A stretch of DNA of 64,000 bases from Octopus bimaculoides (GCF_001194135.2 NC_068982.1:27669085-27733084), one strand, 5' to 3'; positions 24,733 through 37,084 are shown, numbered from the stretch's first letter. Program-made: numbers and translations. Notes: generated from the letters alone by a model not told the origin.

Positions 24733-25159
24733 GTAAGTAATTTGTTACTAGTAACAGTTTTCTTCTATCCTGCTTAATTATCATTTTTAATTGTCATGAT
24801 TAATGGCACTTATATCCTGATCATCATAAGTGTCTTTATGTGGTTTTTAATTTTATTTTAGAATCTTGAAATAGTTATATTTTCCATATAGTTTTATTTG
24901 ATACTGGCACCATAGAGAGGGTAAACACCCAGCATGCAAAGACTGCAACTTGGCTTTAATTCCTGATTATTGCTATATCAATTCACTTATGAACAGATGT
25001 CTTCTTGAAGTAATGAGCTTGTCTGAAGCAGGCAATGGAAAACTGTCTAAAGATGTCATCAGTTTACCTTTTGAATGCAATATAATATTCCATACTTGTA
25101 TACAATATACATAATCTATTTGCTTCAGTATACATATCTGGAAAATACCATACTCGATG

Positions 25160-25710
25160 ACTAGCACCTGCGCCAGTGGAGCCTTAACAGCACTGTCCGA
25201 GCGTTTTCATTGCCAGAGCAGCTGTCTGGCTTCCGTGCTAGTGGCCTGTAAATAGCACCATTTGAGCATAATCATTACCAGCGTTACGGAGATGCACTTG
25301 CATAGCAAGTGACCTGATGCAGCACAGAATTTTGTCAGTGAACAGGTCGCGGTCTCAAAGCGACGAAAATATTTTGACAAATTAAATTTAAATGTTGAAG
25401 TGAATCTAACGAATTTTGTGTGTTATTTTAAATGGCTTATAAACACCTTCCACACTGCAATTACCAGCGTTGCTTTCTAGAAAATCATTCGAGTGAGGTC
25501 GTTGCCAGTGCCACTAGACTGGCTCCCGTGCAGGTGGCACGTAAAAGCACCCACTACACTCTCGGAGTGGTTGGCGTTAGGAAGGGCATCCAGCTGTAGA
25601 AACTCTGCCAGATCAGATTGGAGCCTGGTGCAGCCTTCTGGCTTGCCAGTCCTCAGTCAAATCGTCCAACCCATGCTAGCATGGAAAGCGGACGTTAAAC
25701 AATGGTAGTG
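25160..25710 (+). mobile_element. Family C RTE-tailed SINE with an internal insertion
   Basis: 25490-25708 nearly identical to 18595-18810; 25160-25330 matches the body of 19656-20080. Confidence 0.8.
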
Positions 25711-25913
25711 ATGTTATCACTGTCAATTACTAGGTTAGTTTTATAAAAATTATTCAGCTATAAAACTTTTGTGCAAATTTAGGAAGTCTGAGTATGGAGT
25801 TCTATGAGGCTGATAGAAAAAGTTCCACCAAGAAGCCGTTAAACATAGTTGATTAACAGTTTCAGAATCCATATTATTTCTATTCTATCTTTTTTTTTTT
25901 TTTTTTTTTTTTT

Positions 25914-26286
25914 NNNNNNNNNNNNNNNNNNNNNNNNNNNNNNNNNNNNNNNNNNNNNNNNNNNNNNNNNNNNNNNNNNNNNNNNNNNNNNNNNNNNNNN
26001 NNNNNNNNNNNNNNNNNNNNNNNNNNNNNNNNNNNNNNNNNNNNNNNNNNNNNNNNNNNNNNNNNNNNNNNNNNNNNNNNNNNNNNNNNNNNNNNNNNNN
26101 NNNNNNNNNNNNNNNNNNNNNNNNNNNNNNNNNNNNNNNNNNNNNNNNNNNNNNNNNNNNNNNNNNNNNNNNNNNNNNNNNNNNNNNNNNNNNNNNNNNN
26201 NNNNNNNNNNNNNNNNNNNNNNNNNNNNNNNNNNNNNNNNNNNNNNNNNNNNNNNNNNNNNNNNNNNNNNNNNNNNNNNNNNNNNN
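25914..26286. other. Assembly gap (373 N) flanked by poly-T
   Basis: N run; smaller gaps at 37085-37094 and 63006-63015. Confidence 0.99.
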
Positions 26287-27328
26287 TTTTTTTTTTTTTT
26301 TTTTTTTTCAATAAGTACATTAATAAAATCTACAGTTCTAACTCCTGATACATATTCAGTACTTATAAATTCAAACTACAGTCTCTCACAGTTAAAAATG
26401 GTAAATATCTTGTATTAAGGTCATCATCATTGTTTGAATATCTGCAGCATGATAAATTGCTGTTCGTCCCATTCTATGAAGTCCAGCATCTTGAGATCTG
26501 GCTTATTCATTTCATTGGCCCCTCTTTCCTACAGGTATCTTACCTTGTCAGTGCTTAGCACTTTTTCACCTAGTACTCTTTGTCTATTCACATCACATGT
26601 CCATATCAGTCCAGTAACTTCATTTGGCTACATTGGCTGAGGCTTTTAAGACCTAGTCAGTCTCCCATCAGTTGTGCCAAGGAGAATCCTAGTGTTCACA
26701 ATAATTTGCAAATCTAATTTTCTCACAAGAATAGAGTTGATCCAGCTCCCCTGCCCTATATAGTAGTAGGTATCCTGTTGGTTAGATGGGTTTTTTAATC
26801 TTCAGTTTTTCATTGTGTACCATAGCCATATCTTATCAGAATAGTTATCCTGGCGTTTCCCAGTACAATCATTAAAATTGCCTGCTGTGATGTCTATATT
26901 TAACTGTTTCACAGCCACACTTATTTAACAATATTCAAAATTGGTGTTAAGAAAGGTATCCAGCAATAGAAATAATGCAAAAACTTGTACATACGAGCAA
27001 GATGTAGTCTTCTTTCTCTTCAAAAAGGGCAGTAACTCCAAATAATAACTGACTTGGACTGCCATCATGGAAAACATGCAAAACGATGATGATTGTTAAA
27101 TTTTTATTTTCTATCTCATTAGGTATAGGACACAGAAACATAACATTGAAGTGTGATTACGGTCTGTTTTCAAAAGGATTCTCTATACGCAATTGTTTTT
27201 ACAAAAACTCATTTTTAGACAAATGAACTGTTATGTAAATGTACAGAATACTTTAAATACAATGTAAATTAACTGTGTATGTATTCTTTTACGTATGTGA
27301 TTATATTTAACTTGTTTATTCTTTATAG

Positions 27329-27406
27329 CCTTCATCTAATACAGTGAGCCTTCAGGAATCTGTTCACCTGGTGACACAAGGTACAACTGGATTAAGCACA
27401 TGGCAG
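27329..27406 (+). CDS. EEF2KMT: EEF2KMT exon (GTTGL motif)
   Basis: Acceptor ttctttatAG and donor CAG|gtatgt. Translates PSSNTVSLQESVHLVTQGTTGLSTWQ; cf. human PSGGSVTLSESTAIISYGTTGLVTWD. Confidence 0.95.
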
Positions 27407-27450
27407 GTATGTCTAATTATAAGATCTGTCAAACTGTTTTTATCTATTTA

Positions 27451-27688
27451 TTTCTATATTTAAGAGATGAGGAATTATGTACATTATTTACATTTGACGG
27501 ATATGTCCTCATCTTGCTTGTTATTAACACAAAATTTCAGCTGATATACCCTCCGGTCATCATCAGGTGTCTTGGGGAAATTTCGAACCTGGGTTCTCAT
27601 GTTATTATTATTACTATTACTGATCAGGTCACTGCCTGGAATCGAACTTGGAATCTTGGGGTTAGTAGTCCGCACTCTTAACCAGTAC
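27451..27688 (-). mobile_element. tRNA-head element with Penelope-type (hammerhead-like) tail, left arm of palindrome
   Basis: Minus strand: TGGTTAAGAGTGCGGACTACTAACCCCAAGATTCCAAGTTCGATTCCAGG...GACACCTGATGA...GAAA...GTGTT. Confidence 0.8.
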
Positions 27689-27689
27689 A

Positions 27690-27897
27690 ATGGAGTGAAT
27701 TTTAGGGCTTATAAATCTAATATTTTCCTACCCTTTCTTAATACCGGTTCCCATATGCTACTCATATCTGCATTTGGTCTACTTAGGATACAACAACCTC
27801 CTAGCAGACCAAGTGCGGATATGAGTAGCATATGGGAACCGGTATTAAGAAAGGATAGGAAAATATTAAAATTTATAAGCCCTAAAATTCACTCCAT
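27690..27897. mobile_element. 208-bp MITE-like foldback with ~91-bp arms
   Basis: 27690-27780 is the reverse complement of 27806-27897 with about 4-5 differences; 25-nt loop. Confidence 0.85.
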
Positions 27898-27907
27898 AAT
27901 TGCCCAC

Positions 27908-28134
27908 GGGCATATGGTGTAGTGGTTAAGAGCACGGACTACTAACCCCAAGATTCCAAGTTCAATTCCAGGCAGTGACTTGAACAATAATAGTAGTAAT
28001 AATAATGATATCAGAAAATACCTTAGGAATGAGAACCCAGGTTCGAAATTTCCCCAAGTCACCTGAAGAAGGTTGGAGGGTATATCAGCTGAAACATTGT
28101 GTTAACAACAAACAAGATTAGGTCAAATGTAAAT
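27908..28134 (+). mobile_element. tRNA-head element with Penelope-type (hammerhead-like) tail, right arm of palindrome
   Basis: GGGCATATGGTGTAGTGGTTAAGAGC (A box) ... AGTTCAATTCC (B box) ... GTCAC CTGAAGA A GGTTG..CAGCT GAAA CATT GTGTT. Confidence 0.8.
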
Positions 28135-28829
28135 ATTGTTGTTATCTAGTGATTACATTTTATGTTGATGTCGGGGAATAAAAATGACTGTTGATCTTAC
28201 AAATAGACATTCTCATAAAATTTATTTCAATAGTTAAAATAATAATGGCTATTTCTATCTACAGTTTATTTATGCAGGATCTTAACGTTTTACAATGGTG
28301 ACGAAATAAGATGTGGACATAAGATGGAGTTAAGTCTCTTGGTTATTGATTTAGGATTTTTTTCGATTTGAGGATGTTGAAATATCCTTAGATTTAGTTT
28401 CATTGGCTTCTTAATTTATTGCTTTTAGCTATTTAACTTACCCTCTCACGACGATTAATCAATCCAGTATTAAACTCTTTCCATTTTATTTTTAAGTAAG
28501 ACTAATATATTCCTTTAACATATTGCTGCCTTCTTCTTTCTTGTCTAAATATAACAAAGTAAACTAATTTAAATAAAAATTGCTTATTTTAGTTAGAAAC
28601 AAAGTCAAGGCTACAGAGTTGACTTGATTTATTGATATTAATGGTGTTACATTTTACATTGGTGTGTGATAAAAGAGGTTTGCTTCCCAACTACATGGTT
28701 TTGATTTCAGTCTCACTGCATGGCACCTTGGGCAAGTGTCTTCTACTATATCCCTGAGGTGACCAAAACATTAACTGGAGTTTGTAGACAATTGAAAGAA
28801 GCTCATCGCGTGTGTGTGTGTGTATCAAG

Positions 28830-29330
28830 AGATGGCTTCCTATGGAAGGAACACATCACCAACAATGAAGTCCTCCAGCAGGTCACGTTTCATGCATGGA
28901 CAATGGGCAGGCCATGTTTCATGCATGGACAAATCCAGAATGCCAAAAGTCATATTCTACAGGGATCTCAGCCAGGGCGAAAGAGACAGAAGAGTAAACA
29001 CCACCACTCCCAAAGCATTTTAAAGACTGAAATACCAGCTTCCTCCAGATAGAGATAGACTCCACGTGATGGGAGAAAGTGGCAATACCTGGGAAAGTAT
29101 GGCATCCAGACCATTGCAAGCAACTTTGAGAAGGACAGAGCAACTGCAGCAGCTGAGAAATGCCAAATGGCTCCCATCTGAGCAAAACCTACATATTTGC
29201 CCAAAGTACCTCAAAGCCTATCAGTCAAGGGATCAGTTTACATAGCCACTTAAGGGCTTGCTGCTTTTCCTCATGATTTTTTCGACATGAACTGCCGTCA
29301 TTATTGTGTGTATGTATAAGCATTTAACAG
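28830..29330 (+). mobile_element. RTE-clade LINE ORF2 C-terminal remnant
   Basis: QWAGHVSCMDKSRMPKVIFYRDLSQGERDR matches the RTE RWAGHV.RM...R.PK..FYG.L..G.R motif; frameshifted. Confidence 0.8.
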
Positions 29331-29990
29331 CTATCTTCCATGCTGGCATGGGTTGGACAGTTTGACAGGACATGGCAAGCCTGAGGACTATGCCAAACTC
29401 CACTGTCAGAATGGACTGGCTTTTTTTATATGGCATCAGCACCAGCGAGGTCTGCTTTGGCATGGTTTTTACAGCTGGGTGCCCTTTCTAACACCAACCA
29501 CTTTACAACAGACTGGCTGCTTTTTACATGACACCAGCACCAGTGAAGTCTTTTGTGGCATGGTTTTTACAGCTGGATGCCCTTCCAAACACCAGCCACT
29601 TTACAGAGTGGACTGGGTGCTTTTTACATGGCACCAGCACTAACAAGGTCACCAAGTAACTTGCTAGACAAAGATCCTTTGAGAGGAGGGCTGGTGTTGA
29701 AGGAGGTGGCTTTGTAACAGGTGATGAGAGGTTAGAGGAAGGACAGAAGCAGGTATCTTGCTGTAGAGATAGATGATACCTGGTTGCCCCAGTTAGAAAG
29801 AGATGGTGGTGATGTACCATGGACATACTCTCGTAGTACTCTCATCATCATTTAACATTCGCTTTCCATGTTGGCAGGGTTGGATTGTTTGACAGGAGAT
29901 GGTTAAGCAGAAGACTGCACTGGGCTTCAGTGTCTGTTTTGGCATGGTTTTTTTTACAGCTGGATGCCCTTCCTGAATGGGATGGTTGAG
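29330..29990 (-). mobile_element. RTE-tailed SINE fragments with tandemly duplicated ~95-bp unit
   Basis: GGCATGGTTTTTACAGCTGG(G/A)TGCCCTT occurs near 29460, 29560 and 29945. Confidence 0.65.
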
Positions 29991-30351
29991 GATTGTCCAG
30001 GTTGTGTGATTAGGAAGTTCACACAATTCCAAAAAGGGATTGGGGAGGGCAGTGACTGGTGACAGGGGAAACAACAGGATAATGATACAGTTGGCAGGGC
30101 AAGGAGGATAGAATTGGGCTGCAGGAATGGGGAGGAGGAGATAGATATAGTGCATGAAGAAGAGATGTAATTTGGTTTATTGGAATAGGGTTGTGAAAAA
30201 CTAAATGTTAAATGTGGGTGGAAAACACACTGCTTCCAGAACTCAGTTTCACTGAGGTGGGCAGGTCTTCTCAAGAATCTCATATCCCCAGAAATCTCAG
30301 TCCATCATTATCTCTTCCATGAAGCCCAACATCTATATATATGTTTTTGTG

Positions 30352-30386
<35 letters not shown>

Positions 30387-30554
30387 TTGTGATCTTTCTT
30401 CTAATAGTTGTAAATAAGTATCACTTTTGAGTAAGTAGTATCATTGATTTTCAATATTCTGTGGAAACATATCTGGCCATAGAAAAATATTACCTTACTT
30501 GAAAATAGATGAGGGTTAGCAACAGGAATGGCATTATGTCATAGGAAATCAGTG

Positions 30555-30920
30555 AGCTGGCAGAAATGTTAGCAGGTCGGGCAAAATGCTTAGCGGTATT
30601 TCGTCTGCTGTTACATTCTGAGTTCAAATTCCTCCGAGGTCGACTTTGCCTTTCATCCTTTCGTAGTTGATAAATTAAGTAACAGTTACACATTGGGGTC
30701 AATGTAATCAACTTAATCGCTTTATCTGTCTTTGTTTGGCCCCTTGCGGGCAATAAAGGAATAGGAAATCAGCCTCATTAAACTCCATCCAGCCCATGGG
30801 AAAGTGGACATAACATCATCATCGTCGTTTAACGTCCGCTTTCCATGCTAGCATGGGTTGGACGATTTGACTGAGGACTGGTGAAACCAGATGGCTACAC
30901 CAGGCTCCAATCTGCCAGTA
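30555..30920. mobile_element. Family A SINE (+) followed by family C fragments
   Basis: GAGCTGGCAGAAATGTTAGC...GCCTTTCATCCTTTCG...GCAATAAAGG, then (CAT)n CGTTTAACGTCCGCTTTCC. Confidence 0.75.
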
Positions 30921-32158
30921 ATGATATTTCAAAATCAGGCCAAGTTCAAATTCAAAAGAGTAGAACATTGAATTCAGGTTAACTTTACTAGAATCTGATC
31001 TTCTCTACTTGTGAAAGCATTAAATAGAAACTTAGAAATGTCTGATTGTTATTAATTAATGTTGTATGCATATTGGGGTAATGTTTGTTTGAAATATCTT
31101 TTTGTGTAGTTAATGAAGAATATTGTTACTCCATTGCCTAAATAATTATATAACAAATCAATCTAAAAATATTTCATTAGGAATTCCTTAACTAATTATC
31201 ATCATTATTTATTATAAAAGATTTGCTTTAAGCAAAGATTATTAAACTAACAAATGTTATACATAATAATGTTTATAATGAAAACCAAGCACAAATCATT
31301 ATATATAACGAGCAAGAATAATATAAGTATACAATCAACGACAAGTATTTAATAAACATATCTATACTTGAAATAATATAATTATACATATCAATTAAGA
31401 TCATTGTTTTTTCTTTGATATTTAAATAAACTTTATATATTAAACAAACTCAAAAAAAATTATTTTAAGTAACCAGTGGTACATCTAATTCTTTCAAAAT
31501 CTAACAGTGAATCCTGCTTTTACAGTTGGTATTGTTTTTGAAGTTTATCTTTAGCAATGTCTATCTTGTTATGAGTGGCTATTAAAGGATATATAAAATT
31601 GTTAGAGTTTAGTTTTAGATTTTAATGTCTTATTTTAAATTTGCTAATTATTCTTACTGGAATAATATTAATCACTAGTACTTCCAATCCAAACTAATCT
31701 TTGTATAATCTTTTGATTAACATATCTGTAGCTACTTTGTAGTGTGAACACCCCAGGTTTATTGTCAGCAATGAGGGCAACATACCTTACAATCTTTGCA
31801 GGTTCCTTACCAAGGTGAACAAGTCATTTGATTTAAGTGACTAATCCCCCTACCTTAAAACTTCAGGCCTTGTGTCTGTATTAGAAATAATTATTCTCCA
31901 GCAGTTGATTATTTCTTTAAGAAAATCCCAGAAAGGTGTGAATTACAGGTATTGCATCAATTTTTTAGTATGGCAACTAATTAGTGAAGAACTGATTTAA
32001 TACAAAATGTTAATATTAATCTCGCTTATACTTCTTGAAAATTTTGGCTTCATCTTTCTTCTAAACACCTGTCTGAATACTCATCGCTTTTGGAAACTAA
32101 TTCCATTGGCATTCCTCTCTTGAAGAAAAATTTCAATTATCTTTTATATTTGTTGCAG

Positions 32159-32214
32159 GCTGCTCAACATTTAGCTGAATGGTCCATTGAAAATAGCGAG
32201 GTATTTCAGAATAA
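32159..32214 (+). CDS. EEF2KMT: EEF2KMT exon
   Basis: Acceptor ttttatatttgttgCAG and donor AA|gtaaga. Translates AAQHLAEWSIENSEVFQN(K); cf. human AALYLAEWAIENPAVFTNR. Confidence 0.95.
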
Positions 32215-33546
32215 GTAAGATATCATTTTCAAACATATTGGTCATAAAAGTAATTTTGCTACTAAAAGAAGTTCAGACTCTACATTGTCTTTTTTTATTT
32301 GAGCACATTTTTAATAGCATGTATTGAAGATCAATTATGCTCAAACTCTTTTAAGTAGTCTATCTGAATTGCATGTTTATAATATTTTGTATTTAACAAG
32401 TATAATAAATATGAGATAAATACTTTATTTGCTGGTGTATAAGACGCACCCCTATTTTACAAGTATATTTTGGGAAGTAAAATAAATTTAGTAAGTTTTG
32501 TCATACACTTCTTAAAAGTTATTTTAAAGAAGTTTTGTTGGGGAAAACTTAGGATTTTGTGCATGTAAATGCAGTGCTGCAACAGTGTATTGGAATAAAG
32601 TTTGAACTACAAATTCATCATAAACAAACATTATACAAGTACTGTATTTCAGTTTTGTCTTCTTTCAGATCATTTATATAATTGTGTATATTTTTATGGA
32701 GAGAATTGATATTCAAGATGTTAACACTTGTAGTTTTGGCTATGATGTTTGTGTTACTAAAATCAACCATCCGAGTTGTACACCACCTCTATGGTTTTTG
32801 CCATCCACTCATTGCAATTAGCTGACAGGCAAATGAAAATTTAACATTCCTTTCATTTTTCTAGCAGAGGTTTCATTTAGATAATTAAAAAATTATTTTT
32901 AAAGGTAACACAGCCATTACATAATGTTAGGCCGTATCTGGTGGGGGTTATGTAAGCTGGGAAAGAAAGTATAATGAAATGATCTGACCTCTCCACAAGA
33001 CTGCTGACATGCTGTAAGTAATGTCTTGTCAGTTTATACTAGGAGACTGACATTTTGGCTTGTTTTCAATATTTTATGAGTAACAATTATTATGCTTATT
33101 CAGCTCCCTAGCCCACAATACTTGGTCTCCCATCTGTAATTTGGCCGCATTAAACACAGGGCACTGTTTTGATTCATATAGAAATAAAAAAGCTTGTTTA
33201 ATATGCCAGCAAATATGGTAATAGTTGCTGTTAAAACAGTATTTGTATTATTCATTCCACAGAATGCATATTCATTTCATAGTAATTTAAATATTACTAT
33301 GCATGTGTTAGCATTCATCTTATGATATGTTTGCTTATGTAGAAAACTTTATATGGCTAGTTGCCTGTATTCAACTAAACTCTGGTTGTGCTAAAGATTT
33401 CATCTCACTCTTTTGCTATATAGAAGTTGCTTCTGCTTATCTTTTCATTAATTTTTTTCTTTATTTGAATTACATTTCAATGCTGTTTAAACAATGTATT
33501 TTTACTAACAGCTATTCAGAACTGAAGTAATTTAATTTCTGGATAT

Positions 33547-33755
33547 GGCAGCGAGCTGGCAGAAACATTAGCATGCTTAGCGGTATTTTGCCTGGCTTTA
33601 CGTTCTGAGTTCAAATTCCACTGAAGTCGACTTTTCCTTTCATCCTTTCAGGGTCAATAAATTAAGTACCAGTTACATACTGGGGTCAATCTAATCGGTT
33701 GCCCCTCCCCCATCCCTTCCCAAAAATTTCAGGCCTTATGCTTAGAGTAGAAAAG
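33547..33755 (+). mobile_element. Family A SINE
   Basis: GGCAGCGAGCTGGCAGAAAC...CCTTTCATCCTTTCAGGGTCAATAAATTAAGTACCAG...AAATTTCAGGCC. Confidence 0.8.
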
Positions 33756-34402
33756 AATTTGGTTTCTGGATCTGAAGAGTTTTGACTACATTGAAATACT
33801 GCAAATATTATTCTCTTAGCTTCAAGATAATTCTTGTCATTGCTTTGCTGTTTGTTATTCCTTTCAAAATCCCTTTGGGACTTGTAAAGTACCAGTCAAG
33901 TACTGGTGTAGGTGGGGGGAGTATTAATTAGCCCCATCCCCTCAAAATTGTTGGCCTAGTACCTAAATCAGAAACCATTATTTTCTGAAATTAGTTGTAA
34001 AACATTACTTATAGTAACTTATGGATTATCTGTCAGAATTGAGGAACTCTGTATGTTGTCCCTCAACCTGTTAGAAACAGTAGCTAATCAATCTCTCAAA
34101 CTTTTCACAGTTTTAAAAATGGAAGGACACATTAGATAATGTAGTCTTACTTACCCCTAAAAAGATTGGAGCTGATTAGGGTTGGAATTATTTTGAACAT
34201 GTCTCCTCTGCTTAGTCAGGTCTCACTTGGGGCTAAGTGGTAACAACTGGCAAGTAAAATAGGTAGCAGCTGTTAGTTTTTTGGGGTTTTTTTAAATAAC
34301 AAAATATATTTTATGTTGAACTAATATTTTTCTCCTAATTATTTTTGCTTATTTGTTTACTATCATGTTTAATTTTTTTGTGCGTGTGTTGTTTCTTTCC
34401 AG

Positions 34403-34938
34403 AAAAATTTTGGAACTAGGATGTGGTCTTGGTTTGACAGGCATAGTAATTTGCAAGAATTGCCAACCAACACATTTTTGCTTTACAGACTGTCACCCTC
34501 AAGTATTGTATCTCTTGTCTAAGAATATTGAACTCAACATGCTGCAAAACAATCAAAGTGAGACAGACAATACCCAGGAGGACATTCACTTATCACCTAT
34601 CAACATAAATAATAAAAACGATGAAAAAATAATGCGGAAGATTCGTCGACAGCTTAGTTTAAGTGCTGATAACAATACTTCAAATGACATGACTGATATC
34701 ATTGAGATCTGCCTGTCTCCATCTACACCTCCTAGTGATGAGAGTGAAATCATGCAGAAAGACCCTGTGGAAGATTTTGCAGATTTTGAGCTCTACTCTA
34801 AGTCATGGAAGAAGGACTCTGAAAGCAAAATTGCTACACTTAAAAAAAATGACAAAATTAGTGTTGCAAAACTGGACTGGGAGTGTTTCGATGATAGTTT
34901 TCTCAAATGGTATTGTCCAGAAGTTATCATTGCTGCAG
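34403..34938 (+). CDS. EEF2KMT: EEF2KMT exon (SAM-binding motif I plus long insertion)
   Basis: Acceptor tttctttccAG and donor G|gtatta. Contains KILELGCGLGLTG, FTDCH and VAKLDW...PEVIIAA (METTL21/family-16 motifs). Confidence 0.96.
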
Positions 34939-35575
34939 GTATTATCATCATCTATGTCATCAATAGTAATGCTGTGTTTCTTAATATTTCATATCATCAC
35001 TTGCTCTATTACTTCACTTGATCCAGTATTTTCTCTTTAGAATCATTATATTACCTTTATGTACAGTTCCTGCTAAATGAATTTCAAACCTTATGAGTCA
35101 TATTTCTGTACCTTTCAGTAAGTTACATCAGCCTTCAAGTTAGACAAAAATTCCCATTGTTGTTAACTAATCATAAAACTAGTTTCTCTTTTGAAAGTTT
35201 CATTTTTCAAATTGATAACCAGGAACTATTTCAGACTTTTATTCTATGAATTCTTTCAGTATGTTTTTTTTTGTTATTTAGTTTCTGTGTTAACTTGGGA
35301 GGTGGGTGTGATTTTTGCTAAAAACAATAATTGCCCTTCCTACCACAAAATTCTGAAGTGGTGGATTGCTTGTCAAGGCATATAATGTTATGTACCTTGA
35401 TTAAGAATAAAACACAACAGCTTTGAACTCTTGAAAATGTTGATAATCCTGTACTATAATTGTAGTAGCCCTGTAATTGCAATAGATTGAAATACATTTT
35501 GTTAAAAAAATTTTTTGTAATTTTCTTAGCGTTGTAAAACTGTGATTCATAACGATGAACTTCATTATCTTTCAG

Positions 35576-35728
35576 ATGTGGTTTATGATACAACAGTAAT
35601 TCCATCCTTGGTACTTGTGTTGAAAAAATTACTGTCTGTTACTCTTGAGAATGGTGAAAAGCCAGTGGCTTATGTAGCATCAACTGTGCGTTTAGAAGAC
35701 ACTCGAGATCAGTTCCTGTTTACATTAG
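35576..35728 (+). CDS. EEF2KMT: EEF2KMT exon (DVVYD motif)
   Basis: Acceptor ttatctttCAG; the junction restores IIAA-DVVYD; YVASTVR; donor G|gtaaat. Confidence 0.95.
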
Positions 35729-36156
35729 GTAAATGGTCAATATTTTCTTAATTTCTCTCTCTTTTGTTTGTTTGTTTTTTTAAGTAACCCTATTCCCACA
35801 ATTTTTATTACTGAGAGTGTAAACTTTCTCTTTCTTTTGTAATTTCCTGCTTCTTTTGATGTCCTGTGAACACCTGAGTGAAATAAATGAAAAACAGATA
35901 CAATCTAATGAATTATTTTAAATGTTTTTTTCTTATGTTGATTTTTGATGTAAGTCACATGTCTTTGGACCCATTAACAGTGTAAGCTGAGGTGTGCCTG
36001 TACTTGTCTTTCTATTACAGAAGATTTAAAGTTTTATTAATGGATGATTTAGTAAATTCCTGAAGTTGAAGTTATTTGGGTTGATAAACTATTGCACACT
36101 TTCTTTAGTATATCTGAGAACATGTTTCATTTATGCATTTATATTTTATTTTATAG

Positions 36157-36260
36157 GTGTTCAAGATCTTCATTTTGAATCCTTGATGGCACCTAATGAT
36201 GATATTTTGCATTATGACCGTGCTGTGCCAATTGAGTTGTTGAAGATAACTGCAATGTAA
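36157..36260 (+). CDS. EEF2KMT: EEF2KMT last coding exon
   Basis: Acceptor ttttattttatAG, phase 1. Translates (G)VQDLHFESLMAPNDDILHYDRAVPIELLKITAM*. Confidence 0.88.
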
Positions 36261-37040
36261 AGACAAGGACTGATACAAGCAGACTGCTGGCAACCAGATC
36301 TTACTTTTTATCTCTGATCAATATGATCAAATATTTGTTGTTCAGTATTTATGTTGATATACAAGTTGTAGTAATCATTACTATATTTTTGTTTATTATT
36401 ATTATTATTATATTTTTGTTTAATATATTAAGCTTGGTCGGCCGTCTTCTATTTTCAGATCCATTTACAAATTTTCTTTATAATCTGGACTAACAATCTC
36501 ATATAGCATTGTTATAGTGAATATTCTTTGATATCATTCAGTTTCAAAATACTGCTAGACATGACCTGCAATTATAAAAATATTTAGTAATCTTATATAA
36601 CCATTGAAGCATGATAATTAGGCTTAAAACCATTGGTTTATAAGATTACTTTTGCAGTAAGTGAACTACGTTTTTATGCTTACTTTAAAAAAATTTTTCT
36701 ATGAAAAGTTGTTTTTTTTTTTAAATTAAAAATTTAAAATCTAAAAAATTTTTATTTTAAAATACAAATATCTTTTCTTATTTGAAGAGAAGATGTCGTC
36801 AACTTAATAAGTTTCATTCCAAATTTCTGTTGAATTTATAGTTATATGATGTTATTAAAACTATAGTATTTTGTCTTCATTGAGAAGCCCATATTTCTAT
36901 TTAACTGACCTCCAGGCTACACACTAGGATCCAGTTGACTGACTCTTTTTATGGTAGCCCATAAAATGTGCCTCTTTATTTTTAACAGAATGTTTATAAG
37001 AGAGCTTAAATAGTGCAGACTGAACATGAGTATGTATAAT

Positions 37041-37042
<2 letters not shown>

Positions 37043-37084
<42 letters not shown>

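Noticed and set aside
25849-26418. 189-aa and 146-aa ORFs
   Set aside because: Artefacts of translating through the N-gap and poly-T runs.
27908-27980. tRNA-like sequence with A and B boxes
   Set aside because: No complete cloverleaf or acceptor stem; it continues into repeat body and has an inverted twin, so it is a SINE head.
28720-30283. Cluster of overlapping 64-120-aa ORFs
   Set aside because: Frameshifted RTE LINE and SINE debris with no coherent protein.
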